Source: Marispirochaeta sp.
GTDB lineage: Bacteria > Spirochaetota > Spirochaetia > JC444 > Marispirochaetaceae
Assembly (NCBI GenBank): GCA_963676835.2
Contig: CAXXFF010000002.1
Location: 1,792,001-1,856,000, forward strand
Reading direction: 5' to 3'
DNA length: 64,000 nucleotides
Shown in pieces: positions 29,488 to 38,961 of this stretch (its first letter is position 1; the number at the start of each line of letters is the position of its first letter). The notes below the pieces were generated by a model. It was given only the letters and a program-made list of their open reading frames with translations. It made no database searches and was not told where the DNA came from. A program made the translations under genes and the position numbers.

Positions 29488-29553
29488 CTAAAAGGCGGCT
29501 GCCGCGGCGGCTGCTGAGATGCAGACGCTGTTTAACAGTGGTGTTCCAATCAT
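29488..29553 (-). CDS. Ala-rich leader peptide MIGTPLLNSVCISAAAAAAAF
   Basis: 21 codons ending in GCA GCC GCC GCG GCA GCC GCC TTT TAG, directly 5' of alternative hairpins. Confidence 0.8.
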   Translation of the reverse strand: MIGTPLLNSVCISAAAAAAAF

Positions 29554-29560
29554 GGAATCT

Positions 29561-29589
29561 ATAGTCGCATAGTCACAACCGCAGGTCAA
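29561..29589 (-). promoter_or_regulatory. Putative promoter of the leader/aminotransferase transcript
   Basis: TTGACC-N17-GACTAT with TG at the extended -10 position; 7 nt separate it from the leader ATG. Confidence 0.55.
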
Positions 29590-29620
29590 GCGCTTGTTTC
29601 TCATCTCTTTCTCTAAAAGC

Positions 29621-30301
29621 TCAGCCCTTTTTTCCGCAGCAGTGTTTGTACTTTTTACCGCTACCGCAGGGGCAGGGGTCATTTCTGCCTGTGCTCTGAA
29701 CCTGTTGGCTCTGCCTTTGCTCTTTCTGGAGATACAGAAGAAAATAGTTTCTCAAGGCCATGATATTTTCGGGCATTTCTGCTGCAATTCGGGAGAAGGT
29801 TTCCGCCAGTTCCGGGCTGTCCTGGTTATTCGTAAAGACCTTGGGCCGGGCACAAAATGCTATTGGGCTCATGAGATTGATAAAGTCGTCATCAAAACCG
29901 GCGGCTTCCACTCCGGTACAGCGGAGGCCTTTAATGAAACCTTCGCACCATTCTCCAAGCTTCCCGATATCCTCGTTTGAAAGGGAGGTCTCTTCATCTG
30001 CAGGGACTGGAAAGGGAAATTCGTATGCGTCCTCCTTGCCTTCAAAAGAAGCAACAACCGCATTATAAGCAAGTACAGAAGTATCCAGAAATGTCTGTGC
30101 CTGCTCGCGGCTGGCAAACTCCGGCTGGTCGTTTTTCATGTTGAAAAATACCGGCATCCAGATGGCCGGAGCCGAGGGTCGGGGAGAGAGGGACACTGCC
30201 GCCAGAACTCCGTGTATTCCTGCCTGACTGAGCGGCTTCGGACAGATCTCTTCAAGGGTGGTATGAATAGTGTTCAGCATGCGGACGAGATTTTTCTGCA
30301 T
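29621..30301 (-). CDS. UPF0149/YecA-family protein with SEC-C motif
   Basis: HGVLAAV..SP, WCEGFIKG, C-terminal GRNDPCPCGSGKKYKHCCG. Confidence 0.88.
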   Translation of the reverse strand: MQKNLVRMLNTIHTTLEEICPKPLSQAGIHGVLAAVSLSPRPSAPAIWMPVFFNMKNDQPEFASREQAQTFLDTSVLAYNAVVASFEGKEDAYEFPFPVPADEETSLSNEDIGKLGEWCEGFIKGLRCTGVEAAGFDDDFINLMSPIAFCARPKVFTNNQDSPELAETFSRIAAEMPENIMALRNYFLLYLQKEQRQSQQVQSTGRNDPCPCGSGKKYKHCCGKKG

Positions 30302-30320
30302 GGGTATCTGTTGCCTCCAA

Positions 30321-31448
30321 TTATCGGGGGGGTGAATTCTTCTGTTCAAACAGGGTGGAGAAGAATCTGAAATTTTCCTCATTCCGCAGATTGGAACCCA
30401 TTACTATGCTGTGGGCTACTGCGGGAATATCATCCGGAACGGTTCCGGTTTCCAGATAATACTCCAGAATACGCACGGCATAATAGCCCTGGAGCATGGG
30501 GTTCTGGTTGATGGCCGCCGTCAGCGCATGGCTTTTGAGGTAGCGTTCAGTGTTGGGCGTAATGCCGTGGACAATGATATTATGCCTGCCTTCAAGTCCG
30601 TGGCGCAGGATTACCTCGGCGAGGGTATCCTGAACCTCTGCAATGCTGTAGATGCCGGTAAAATCGGCCTGGGGGTCAAGTATGACCTGCTCGATTTCAT
30701 CCTTCAGGTTATCATCGTGCCGCCGTTTCCGGAAGCTTACCACCTGATGATCAACTCCGGGAAAATGGATAGACAGATAGTGAACAAACTGCAGCAGCCG
30801 CTCTTCGTTTACATGAGCGCCGGCAAGCACATGTTCTGAATTCACCGGGTTATGAATAATCAGTATGTTTCCCTTTTTACTCCCCTGTGCTCCGGCTGTT
30901 TTACCCAGAAATTCAGCAGCCAGACGGCCCCCTTCACCATAGTCGGGGCTTACGGTACAAAGCCGTCCTGTCTCCGGGGCATCTACACTGATGGTTATGT
31001 GGGGAATATTATTAGCTGTCAGAAAGCGGAATATCCGGGACATATCATATTCCGGGTTATTAACAATTCCCGCGGCTTCCATCCCCCCGTCCAGTGCTTC
31101 CTGAAGGAGCTGAAGATATGCTGCGGTATCCCTGGGGGGAACCGGCTGGTAACGGGCGGAATATCCGAGAAATGAAATCTGCTGGCGGGCAAGATCGATT
31201 CCCCGGGCTACCCGGTCCCAGAAATAATCCGGTGTACAGGAGGAAAATATAACTATGGAACGACTATTTTTGCGGCTCAGTCCCCGTGCCCCGCGATGAA
31301 CAAAATAACCGCAGGATGCGGCATGATCAATAATCCTGCGTCGGGTTGTTTCTGACACCTGCGGGGACCGTGCAAGGGCACGCTGAACGGTTTTGAGTGA
31401 GATTCCCAGCTCCCGGGCCAGTGTTTTCTGGGTCATACGTTTTTCCAT
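30321..31448 (-). CDS. LacI-family transcriptional regulator
   Basis: TQKTLARELGISLKTVQRAL HTH plus periplasmic-binding-protein-like domain (INQNP..QGY). Confidence 0.9.
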   Translation of the reverse strand: MEKRMTQKTLARELGISLKTVQRALARSPQVSETTRRRIIDHAASCGYFVHRGARGLSRKNSRSIVIFSSCTPDYFWDRVARGIDLARQQISFLGYSARYQPVPPRDTAAYLQLLQEALDGGMEAAGIVNNPEYDMSRIFRFLTANNIPHITISVDAPETGRLCTVSPDYGEGGRLAAEFLGKTAGAQGSKKGNILIIHNPVNSEHVLAGAHVNEERLLQFVHYLSIHFPGVDHQVVSFRKRRHDDNLKDEIEQVILDPQADFTGIYSIAEVQDTLAEVILRHGLEGRHNIIVHGITPNTERYLKSHALTAAINQNPMLQGYYAVRILEYYLETGTVPDDIPAVAHSIVMGSNLRNEENFRFFSTLFEQKNSPPR

Positions 31449-31495
31449 CTGACCCTAGTATAGGTTGTAAAAAAGGCTGAAACAAGGGTTTATAT

Positions 31496-31523
31496 AGAAA
31501 ATGTCTTACGTAAGACATTTTCT
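31496..31523. promoter_or_regulatory. Perfect 28-bp palindrome, probable LacI-type operator
   Basis: AGAAAATGTCTTAC|GTAAGACATTTTCT, no spacer, central CG, about 50 nt upstream of the LacI gene. Confidence 0.65.
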
Positions 31524-31539
31524 TGAGGCGGGGAGCAGT

Positions 31540-33027
31540 TTATTTCCGGGTTTTCCGGTCCCTGTACTGGGTGGCGGTAAGTCCGGTTGTCTTTCTGAAT
31601 ACCTTGGCAAAGTAGAAGTAATCGTGAATACCGCAAAGATCAGAGATCTCCTGTATAGGCAGGGTAGTATGTTCCAGCAGGAAGCAGGCGTGATTAATTC
31701 TTGTTTTACGTAAAAACTCAATGGGACTCACCCCGGTTTCGGCTTTGAAAAGGCTTGAAATGCGGCTTTTTTTCAGACCGAAGATTTCAGAAAGATGATC
31801 CAGGTTAAGATCTGCATCGATGTTGTTTTTTATATAGCTTTTAATAGACGTCAGGGTATCTATAGACGGGGTAGGGGCACTTTCTTCTCTGTCCCTTTCG
31901 GGATACAGGATATTGGTCTGCTCATGAAGGGTTTCTATCATCTTTTCCAGACTGTCAAACTGACGAACCAGTATTGCCGGACTTGAGACAGGCTGAAGAT
32001 TATAGTCCTTTTTTCCCTGCTTAAGGGCAGTATTGTGAAGGAGCTCGATAAAACCGTTATAAAAATCCATGAGTTCCTGAATATTGATCGGCTCATCCCT
32101 GTTCAGGGCGGAAATCTCATCCAGGGTAGTATGGATCCGGCTTCGGTTGCGACTTGCAAACAAAACATTGAAGTCCTTCAAGAGCTCAGGGAGAACTGTG
32201 CTGTGGAGATCTCCCTGATGATACAGACGATCTATAGCTGACGAAAACCAGCTGTACTGGAGCAGTACTGCTTCCTGAATTCTCTGGTAAATATTATGCA
32301 ATGATCCGGTACTGCTGCTGAACCCCGCGGACCCGGGGAAAGGGGGCGTCACCAGCTGGCTTAAAGCTGCAGTTATCTTTGCCTCTGCGGAAGGGGAAAA
32401 ATTCAGCACCAGAAAGCTTATCTCCCGGGAGTAATGGTATTCCCGCCACTCAATTTCTTCCATTTCAAGTCTCTGCGTCAGGAACCCGACAGCAGGAGAT
32501 GTAACAGCGACGACACCATAGAGGCCGAAACGGCGGGGGCAGGCCATCTGGCGTATAATCAGTTCTTCCGGAGTACCTTCGGGCATGGCCGAAAGGAAAT
32601 CGAGTAAGGATTCGGTCTTCTTTACTGCCTCCTCCAATTCTGACGCTCTGTTTTCTGTGAGTTTCAAGGCCGCTTTTTCCAGGGTCTCCTGAAGTATTTC
32701 CGGCCGGACAGGCTTAAGCAGGTAGCCGAGAGCGCCAAGGTCCAGGGCTTTTTTTGCATACTCGAACTCGGAGTAGCCGCTGACGAAGATAACCTGGGTG
32801 CGGGTATGTTCCGCTTTCAGGGTTTCCATCAGCTCCAGACCGGTAAGACCCGGCATGCGGATGTCGCAGATAAGCAGGTCCGGTTCCATGTTCCGTACAA
32901 GCTCAAGGCACTCTTCTCCGTTGTCCGCAGTACCGCTTATCTCAAAGCCGAGACCGGTGGCAGAGATTTTCTTTTCCAGTGCCTGCAGTATATAGGGTTC
33001 ATCATCTGCAATTATTACGCTGAACAT
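31540..33027 (-). CDS. YesN-like response regulator (receiver + AraC HTH)
   Basis: ADDE, DIRMP, YLLKP; C-terminal YFAKVFRKTTG.T..QYR. Confidence 0.94.
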   Translation of the reverse strand: MFSVIIADDEPYILQALEKKISATGLGFEISGTADNGEECLELVRNMEPDLLICDIRMPGLTGLELMETLKAEHTRTQVIFVSGYSEFEYAKKALDLGALGYLLKPVRPEILQETLEKAALKLTENRASELEEAVKKTESLLDFLSAMPEGTPEELIIRQMACPRRFGLYGVVAVTSPAVGFLTQRLEMEEIEWREYHYSREISFLVLNFSPSAEAKITAALSQLVTPPFPGSAGFSSSTGSLHNIYQRIQEAVLLQYSWFSSAIDRLYHQGDLHSTVLPELLKDFNVLFASRNRSRIHTTLDEISALNRDEPINIQELMDFYNGFIELLHNTALKQGKKDYNLQPVSSPAILVRQFDSLEKMIETLHEQTNILYPERDREESAPTPSIDTLTSIKSYIKNNIDADLNLDHLSEIFGLKKSRISSLFKAETGVSPIEFLRKTRINHACFLLEHTTLPIQEISDLCGIHDYFYFAKVFRKTTGLTATQYRDRKTRK

Positions 33028-33029
33028 TG

Positions 33030-34481
33030 TTATCCTGTTATAAAGGGTAGTCGCATCAGTATGCTCGTTCCCCGGTCTTTTTCGCTTTCTATTTTCAGGC
33101 CGTAATAGTTTCCGTACACAAGCTTGATTCTGTTCTGGATATTATACAGCCCAATAGAACGTTTCTCCCCTGCCGGCAGGGGTTTCCCCGGTATGCTTTC
33201 CGCCAGGGATGAGTTCAGTTTATCCAGAGTTTCCTTCTCAATTCCTGTGCCGTTATCCTCCACTGAAATATCCAGAAAGGAGCTGTTCTGGGAACAGTTG
33301 ACCTTAAGCTCTCCTTTTCCGACTTTCGGTTCGAGGCCGTGAAAGATAGAGTTTTCGATTATCGGCTGGAGGATAAACTTGATTATCTTGGTTTTCAGAA
33401 CATTGCTGTCGTAGTTGAGGCTGATGGTAAAGCGGTCAAGAAAGCGGATGCGCTGAATATTCAGATAGTCTTCAACACTTCTGAGTTCTTCTTCCAAAGT
33501 CACAAACTTTCTTCCACTGATTGAGTATCGGAACAGGCTGGAGAGACTCATGGCAATTTCCTGTATCTCCGGAACCTCATGGAGGGCTCCGATACTGTTC
33601 ATGCATTCCAGGGTGTTGTAGAGAAAATGGGGGTTTATCTGGCTCTGCAGAAAGTTTATCTCCGCTTCCTTGTGCTGGATTTCCTCCTGAAGCAGTTTCT
33701 TTTCAATGGCAATCTTCTCTTCCGTTGCATGCAGCAGTTCGTCGGTTCTCTGCTTGATGGTGGTGATCATTGAATTGATTCCGCTCTGCAGGTTTACAAT
33801 TTCTTCGGTTTCAATATCCGGAACTATCCGGGCGCTTAAGTCGCCTGCTTCCACTTTTTGAAGACAGTCGAGGGTTATTTCAATATTCTGGGTAATCCGC
33901 TGGGAGTAGGCCTGAAACATGGTTATGCTCATTATAAGTATGGCAAAGGTAACAATAATTACTATCCGCAAAAATGTAAGGCGGTTGAGAAACACTTCCT
34001 CTTTCTTCACGGAAAGAGCGATTGTCCAGCCCCAGGGATCAAAGGTATCAAATACACAGTAGCGTGCACGACCCCGGTAGGTGTATTCCATGAAGCCCTG
34101 TTTCTGCTGCAGCATGTCGGCAATGAAATAGAAGCTTATCATATCGCCGGAATCAATATACTTATGCAGTACCGCCCGGCTTGCCTTGTTGACTATGTAC
34201 AGGTTTCCGCTGCCGCCGAAGGTTACCCTGTCCAGAGAATCCAGGAGGCCATGCTGTACCGTTTCAATATTTGAGAGATCCATTTCGGTATCCGGATGTT
34301 CAACATTGTCGTAGGCGGTCTGGACTTCCTGCATCACCTTCTGAAGGCCGGATTCCAGCAGCTGCACGTAAAGGGTATGTACTATCTGGTTCATCATTAC
34401 GGCGCCCACAAAGATTATTGAGGCTGCCAGGATAAGAAGGGTGGCGATGGAAACTATATTTAGTTCATGCTGAAGTTTCAT
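33030..34481 (-). CDS. YesM/LytS-type sensor histidine kinase with Cache and HAMP domains
   Basis: QINPHFLYNTL, LQPIIENSIFHG, EDNGTG, IGLYNI. Confidence 0.94.
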   Translation of the reverse strand: MKLQHELNIVSIATLLILAASIIFVGAVMMNQIVHTLYVQLLESGLQKVMQEVQTAYDNVEHPDTEMDLSNIETVQHGLLDSLDRVTFGGSGNLYIVNKASRAVLHKYIDSGDMISFYFIADMLQQKQGFMEYTYRGRARYCVFDTFDPWGWTIALSVKKEEVFLNRLTFLRIVIIVTFAILIMSITMFQAYSQRITQNIEITLDCLQKVEAGDLSARIVPDIETEEIVNLQSGINSMITTIKQRTDELLHATEEKIAIEKKLLQEEIQHKEAEINFLQSQINPHFLYNTLECMNSIGALHEVPEIQEIAMSLSSLFRYSISGRKFVTLEEELRSVEDYLNIQRIRFLDRFTISLNYDSNVLKTKIIKFILQPIIENSIFHGLEPKVGKGELKVNCSQNSSFLDISVEDNGTGIEKETLDKLNSSLAESIPGKPLPAGEKRSIGLYNIQNRIKLVYGNYYGLKIESEKDRGTSILMRLPFITG

Positions 34482-34488
34482 TCAATCA

Positions 34489-34590
34489 GAATCCTGTCCG
34501 GTCCGGAGGAGAGTCTGCAGTATAGACAGCCGAAAAGGAGCTGTCAAACATATCAAACATCTCTTTTATCCTCCGTGCCGGACAGGATTC
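34489..34590 (-). promoter_or_regulatory. Sigma-70 promoter enclosed by a 22-bp inverted repeat
   Basis: TTGACA(34547-34542)-N17-TATACT(34524-34519); arms 34489-34510 and 34569-34590 match at 20 of 22 positions. Confidence 0.7.
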
Positions 34591-34602
34591 AGGAATTTAC
34601 TG

Positions 34603-36096
34603 TTACTGTTCGGTGGCAGCCATTTTTTTCCGGTGCTGCCGTTCCCGGATCAGAGTTGTTGCCACAGAGATAATACTCAGGGCAAGCAGGGTGGCTGCGA
34701 TCGGACGGGTTACAAAAACCGAATAATCACCATGGGACATTACCAGGGTTTTACGGAAGTTTTCCTCAACCATTGGGCCCAGAATAAGGGCAAGAACAAT
34801 CGGACCAAGAGGCACGTTTATCTTGCGGATCAGATATCCAACAATACCGATTATCAGCATGAGGAATATATCGAAGGTGTTATTCTGCATGGCATAGGAT
34901 CCCACAATGGCCAGAACCATAATGATGGGGATCATTGCTCTTTTTGAGACCATGATTACTCTTGAGAGGAATCCAGCCATCATCAGGCCGAAAACACCAA
35001 AGAAGATATTGGCCAGGATAAAACCGATGAACAGGGCATTTACCATGTCCAGATGATCTCTGAAGAGCAGTGGGCCCGGGCGCAGTCCCTGAACCATCAG
35101 GGCTCCGATAATAATTGCGGTAACCGAGTCTCCCGGAACACCAAGGCTCAGGGTGGGAATAAGGGCTCCTCCGGTGGATGCATTGTTTCCTGTTTCCGCT
35201 GCTGCAACTCCTTCAATTTCTCCGGTACCGAAGGTTTCCGGATGCTTGGAGCTTCTTTTTGCTTCGTTGTAACAGACAAAGCTTGCAATATCTCCGCCGG
35301 CGCCGGGAAGGGCTCCTACAAAGGTTCCGATAACAGTACTTTTAAGCTGTGTTCTTAGTACTGTGCGCATATCCGGCAGATTGGGAAGCAGCTTGCGCAG
35401 GTTTACCCGCTCTTTTTTGGGCTCAACAAGCTTTTCAAACTGGGTTATGGCTTCGGATACTGCAAAGAGACCGATAAGTGCAGGTATAAAAGGAATACCG
35501 CCCATGAGGTTTACATTACCGAAGGTAAAGCGGGTATAGCCCTGTATGGGGTCCATTCCGATGGTTGCAATAAGAAGACCGATACAGCCGCTTAAGAGTC
35601 CCTTTGCCAGGGACCCGGAGGATATACTGCCTATAATGGTGATACCTAAAACGGCAAGGGCAAAGTATTCCGGTGCACTGAACTTAAGGGCGAACTTTGA
35701 CAGCAGGGGCGCCAGGGTTATCAGGAATATGGCACTTCCGATTCCTCCGAATACGGAAGAATAGGTGGCCATACCGATTGCCCGGCCGCCTTCACCGCGG
35801 ACAAACAAAGGTGTACCATCAAGAATAGTGGCTGCAGCAGATGGAGTTCCCGGAGTGTTGATGAGGATTGCCGCAACGGATCCTCCATAGATGGCGCCTG
35901 CGTAGAGTCCCAGCAGCATGAGTATTCCCGGTACAGCTTCCATACCGAAGGAGAAGGGGACAAGAATTGCCACTCCCATGGTTGCAGTAAGTCCCGGAAG
36001 GGCTCCTACAACAATGCCTCCGATAACACCTGAAAAAAGCATTAAAAGGGGAAACGGCTGTGCCAGAAGGGCTAAACCGTTCAATATTTCATTCAT
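34603..36096 (-). CDS. tctA: Tripartite tricarboxylate transporter permease TctA
   Basis: GALPGL, YGGS..AILINTPGTP, LGVPGDSVTA, GLRPGP. Confidence 0.96.
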   Translation of the reverse strand: MNEILNGLALLAQPFPLLMLFSGVIGGIVVGALPGLTATMGVAILVPFSFGMEAVPGILMLLGLYAGAIYGGSVAAILINTPGTPSAAATILDGTPLFVRGEGGRAIGMATYSSVFGGIGSAIFLITLAPLLSKFALKFSAPEYFALAVLGITIIGSISSGSLAKGLLSGCIGLLIATIGMDPIQGYTRFTFGNVNLMGGIPFIPALIGLFAVSEAITQFEKLVEPKKERVNLRKLLPNLPDMRTVLRTQLKSTVIGTFVGALPGAGGDIASFVCYNEAKRSSKHPETFGTGEIEGVAAAETGNNASTGGALIPTLSLGVPGDSVTAIIIGALMVQGLRPGPLLFRDHLDMVNALFIGFILANIFFGVFGLMMAGFLSRVIMVSKRAMIPIIMVLAIVGSYAMQNNTFDIFLMLIIGIVGYLIRKINVPLGPIVLALILGPMVEENFRKTLVMSHGDYSVFVTRPIAATLLALSIISVATTLIRERQHRKKMAATEQ

Positions 36097-36162
36097 TATT
36101 AACCTCGCTATGTGAAAACCTGCCCGATGTACCCTGCGGTACTTATGGGGAGGTGAAAATTC

Positions 36163-36633
36163 CTAGTTGTAGAATATCCCTGTGGGAAGCGGGATAAGCA
36201 GCAACCGCTGAAAAACAACATAGATTGCCAGGGTGGTAAGGCATGACACCAGAACGATTTTCTTTATTGTTCCTGCCTTGAAAACCAGCATGAGCACTAT
36301 CAGGTACAGTGGAGAAATGACCAGGAATCCCAGAAAGCCCAGGACCGATGCATAGATGAGTGTCATTATAATCATAACCACTACGCGGAAAATCCCGTTA
36401 TCTTCCCTGTCGAAGATAGGTTCGGTTTTTTCGCCAGCAGCAGGTTTAGGTCTTTTTACACCCTGAAAAATAACGATAGCCGACAGTGCAACAATAATAA
36501 AGCTCAGCATTTTGGGATAAAATGCCATTCCCACGTCGTCGCCCCGGGAATCGGGGAAGCTGCCGGAAAGGAAAATAAAAACCGCCGCGAACAGAATGGT
36601 CGCGATTCCGAATATGATTTCCGCCTTTCGCAA
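36163..36633 (-). CDS. tctB: Tripartite tricarboxylate transporter small subunit TctB
   Basis: Four to five TM segments, G.AFYP, LGFL, F..LL.IPLP.G; lies between tctC and tctA. Confidence 0.9.
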   Translation of the reverse strand: MRKAEIIFGIATILFAAVFIFLSGSFPDSRGDDVGMAFYPKMLSFIIVALSAIVIFQGVKRPKPAAGEKTEPIFDREDNGIFRVVVMIIMTLIYASVLGFLGFLVISPLYLIVLMLVFKAGTIKKIVLVSCLTTLAIYVVFQRLLLIPLPTGIFYN

Positions 36634-36661
36634 AATAATTTCCTTATGTAAAGAATAGTTT

Positions 36662-36691
36662 TGGACTGCCGGTTCTGAAGCCGGCAGTCCA
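36662..36691. terminator. Intercistronic stem-loop after tctC (mRNA stabiliser or partial terminator)
   Basis: TGGACTGCCGG-N8-CCGGCAGTCCA, perfect 11-bp stem. Confidence 0.65.
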
Positions 36692-36722
36692 GTGATTATA
36701 CCACGAAGTGATATAAAGTAGA

Positions 36723-37700
36723 TTAAAGATCGAACTGTGAAACAATCTTACCGTAGGTATCGTAAGCTTCGTTGATCATAGTTCCGAAATCTTCGGAGTT
36801 TCTGTAGACCATACCAAGTCCGATATTACCCATGGTTTTCTTGAAACCTTCAGACTCGAAAGCTTTCTTGAAAGCATCGTGAAGGATTGCAACGATCTCG
36901 TCGGGGGTGTCTCCAGGAGCCTGGATTCCACGCCAGCATGCAGTCTGTACGTCGTATCCCAGTTCTTTCATTGTAGGAACATCGGGATAGTTGGGGTGAC
37001 GATCGTTACCGGAAACGGCAAGAATCTTCAGCTGACCAGCTGCAACCTGAGAAGATACTTCAGGAGGGCTGCAGGCTACGAAATCGAGGTGACCGCCAAG
37101 AAGCTCGGTAATTGCAGGAGCTGCACCGGTAGAGGGTACGAAAGTAAACTCTGTTCCGGTTTTTCCCTGAAGGTCCAGGGTTGCAATGTGCCAGATACCT
37201 GCATAACCGGTTCCGCTGTATTCCATTTCGCCGGGATGAGCCTTGGCATAGTCCAGGAACTGGTCCAGGGTCTCAAATTCGGAGTCTGCAGGAACAACAA
37301 TTGCAGAGGGGTCGAGGTTAACCTGAATAACAGGTTTCATGTCGTTGTGGCTGTAGGGAACTTCCTGAATGTGGGGCTGAATAATACATTCAACAGTAGA
37401 AAGACCGATGGTATAACCGTCGGGTTTTCCATTAGCGATTGCACTGTGTCCAACAGCTCCACCGCCTCCGGTTTTGTTTTCTACTACAATGGAAACACCA
37501 AGAAAGGGTTCAGCTTCTTTTGCAAGAACACGGGCAGTTGCATCGGTTCCACCACCAGCAGCCCAGGGTACTACCATGTGAATCGGCTTTGTGGGGTAGT
37601 TTACTTTAGATTCTCCCCCGGCAGATTCTCCCTGTCCATTGGCGAAAAGAGCCATGGTCATAAGTACAGCTAACAGAACAGCAAGAAATTTCTTCATCAA
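36723..37700 (-). CDS. tctC: Tripartite tricarboxylate transporter substrate-binding protein TctC
   Basis: Signal peptide; YPTKPI.MVVPWAAGGGTD, KPDGYT, PDVPT.KE.G. Confidence 0.95.
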   Translation of the reverse strand: MMKKFLAVLLAVLMTMALFANGQGESAGGESKVNYPTKPIHMVVPWAAGGGTDATARVLAKEAEPFLGVSIVVENKTGGGGAVGHSAIANGKPDGYTIGLSTVECIIQPHIQEVPYSHNDMKPVIQVNLDPSAIVVPADSEFETLDQFLDYAKAHPGEMEYSGTGYAGIWHIATLDLQGKTGTEFTFVPSTGAAPAITELLGGHLDFVACSPPEVSSQVAAGQLKILAVSGNDRHPNYPDVPTMKELGYDVQTACWRGIQAPGDTPDEIVAILHDAFKKAFESEGFKKTMGNIGLGMVYRNSEDFGTMINEAYDTYGKIVSQFDL

Positions 37701-37944
37701 ATCCTCCTTGTGGATATGTCTGTTTTCGTAAAAAACCTAACATGGACTATTTTCCCGGTCAAACAAAAGTTAGAAAAACGTTATTTTCCGGTGTTTAACC
37801 TAAATTGAGCTGTTATGTCGGCAGAAACAGGTAAAAATTTACATATTACCCGTTAATTTTATACATACCGGAATAAAGCTTCAGGATGCATAATTTTTGC
37901 AGTCAATATTTTTTCATAAACTACAATCAACACGGAGTAAACAA

Positions 37945-38907
37945 ATGCCCAGAAAACAGATTCTTTTAACCATGCCGCCGGATATAAAGAAGGTCGTACA
38001 TGAATATATGGATGAATACCTTGCAAAGAAGGGATATTCCTTTAAGGCCATCTACAACGATAATCCCCTTTCTGCCGAGGAGCTTAAAAAGGAGCTTGCA
38101 GATATAGACGGTTACATCGTCGGCCATGAGGAGGTTACCGGAGATGTGCTTGATGCAGCGCAGAATCTTAAAATTGTAACCAAGTTCGGAGTAGGGACTG
38201 ACAATATACGTATAAAAGAAGCAAGAGACCGGGGTATAGAGGTTGCCAACTGTCCCGGTTCCAACAGCAACGCCGTTGCCGAGCTTGTGGTTGGACTTAT
38301 GCTTACCACTGCCCGGAATACCCAGAAGCTTTGTGAGGATCTTCGTGAAGGGCACTGGGCTATAGAAGTGGGCTTTGAACTTACGGGAAAGAAGGTCGGA
38401 ATCCTCGGTTTCGGCAATATCGGCCGTCGCGTAGCGGAAATGCTGAAGCCTTTTACCGGAGATATCCTGGTATATGATGCTTTTGAAGATAAGGCGGCGG
38501 AGGAAAAATACGGGGTGAAGTACACTTCTCTTGAAGAAATTGCCTCCTCCTGTGATTTTATTACCGTACACCTCCCGCTGATTCCTCCCACAAAGAACAT
38601 CATCAATAAAGAGTTCTTTAATAAGATGAAGGATGGGGTTTTTCTGGTTAATGCCGCCCGGGGAGGCATCGTCAACGAGGATGACCTCTACGATGCAGTC
38701 TGTGACGGCAAGGTCGCCCGTGCAGCTCTCGATGTTTTTGAGGTTGAACCTACCACCAATACAAAGCTGGTGAAGGATCAGCGTTTTGTTGTACTTCCCC
38801 ACATCGGTGCGGGATCCGTGGAAGCCACCTTTAATATGGCAAAAATGGCCATGGATAATGTAATTGAGGTGCTGGAAGGCCGAAAGAACCCGAACTCCGT
38901 AGGATAA
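37945..38907 (+). CDS. D-2-hydroxyacid dehydrogenase (phosphoglycerate dehydrogenase-like, no ACT domain)
   Basis: GVGTDN, GFGNIG, NAARGG, LDVFEVEP, PHIGA. Confidence 0.92.
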   Translation: MPRKQILLTMPPDIKKVVHEYMDEYLAKKGYSFKAIYNDNPLSAEELKKELADIDGYIVGHEEVTGDVLDAAQNLKIVTKFGVGTDNIRIKEARDRGIEVANCPGSNSNAVAELVVGLMLTTARNTQKLCEDLREGHWAIEVGFELTGKKVGILGFGNIGRRVAEMLKPFTGDILVYDAFEDKAAEEKYGVKYTSLEEIASSCDFITVHLPLIPPTKNIINKEFFNKMKDGVFLVNAARGGIVNEDDLYDAVCDGKVARAALDVFEVEPTTNTKLVKDQRFVVLPHIGAGSVEATFNMAKMAMDNVIEVLEGRKNPNSVG

Positions 38908-38961
38908 ACCGGTCTTTCAGATTATACTGTGCCAAACATACCATCCGGACAGGCAGGGGTA

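Noticed and set aside
29488..29682. 64-aa ORF from the track
   Set aside because: Its 5' part overlaps the SEC-C gene and the predicted promoter; only 29553-29488 fits as a leader peptide.
36879..38802. Long antisense ORFs over tctC and the dehydrogenase (and similar shadows elsewhere)
   Set aside because: They are shadow frames of well-supported genes, with no recognisable motifs.
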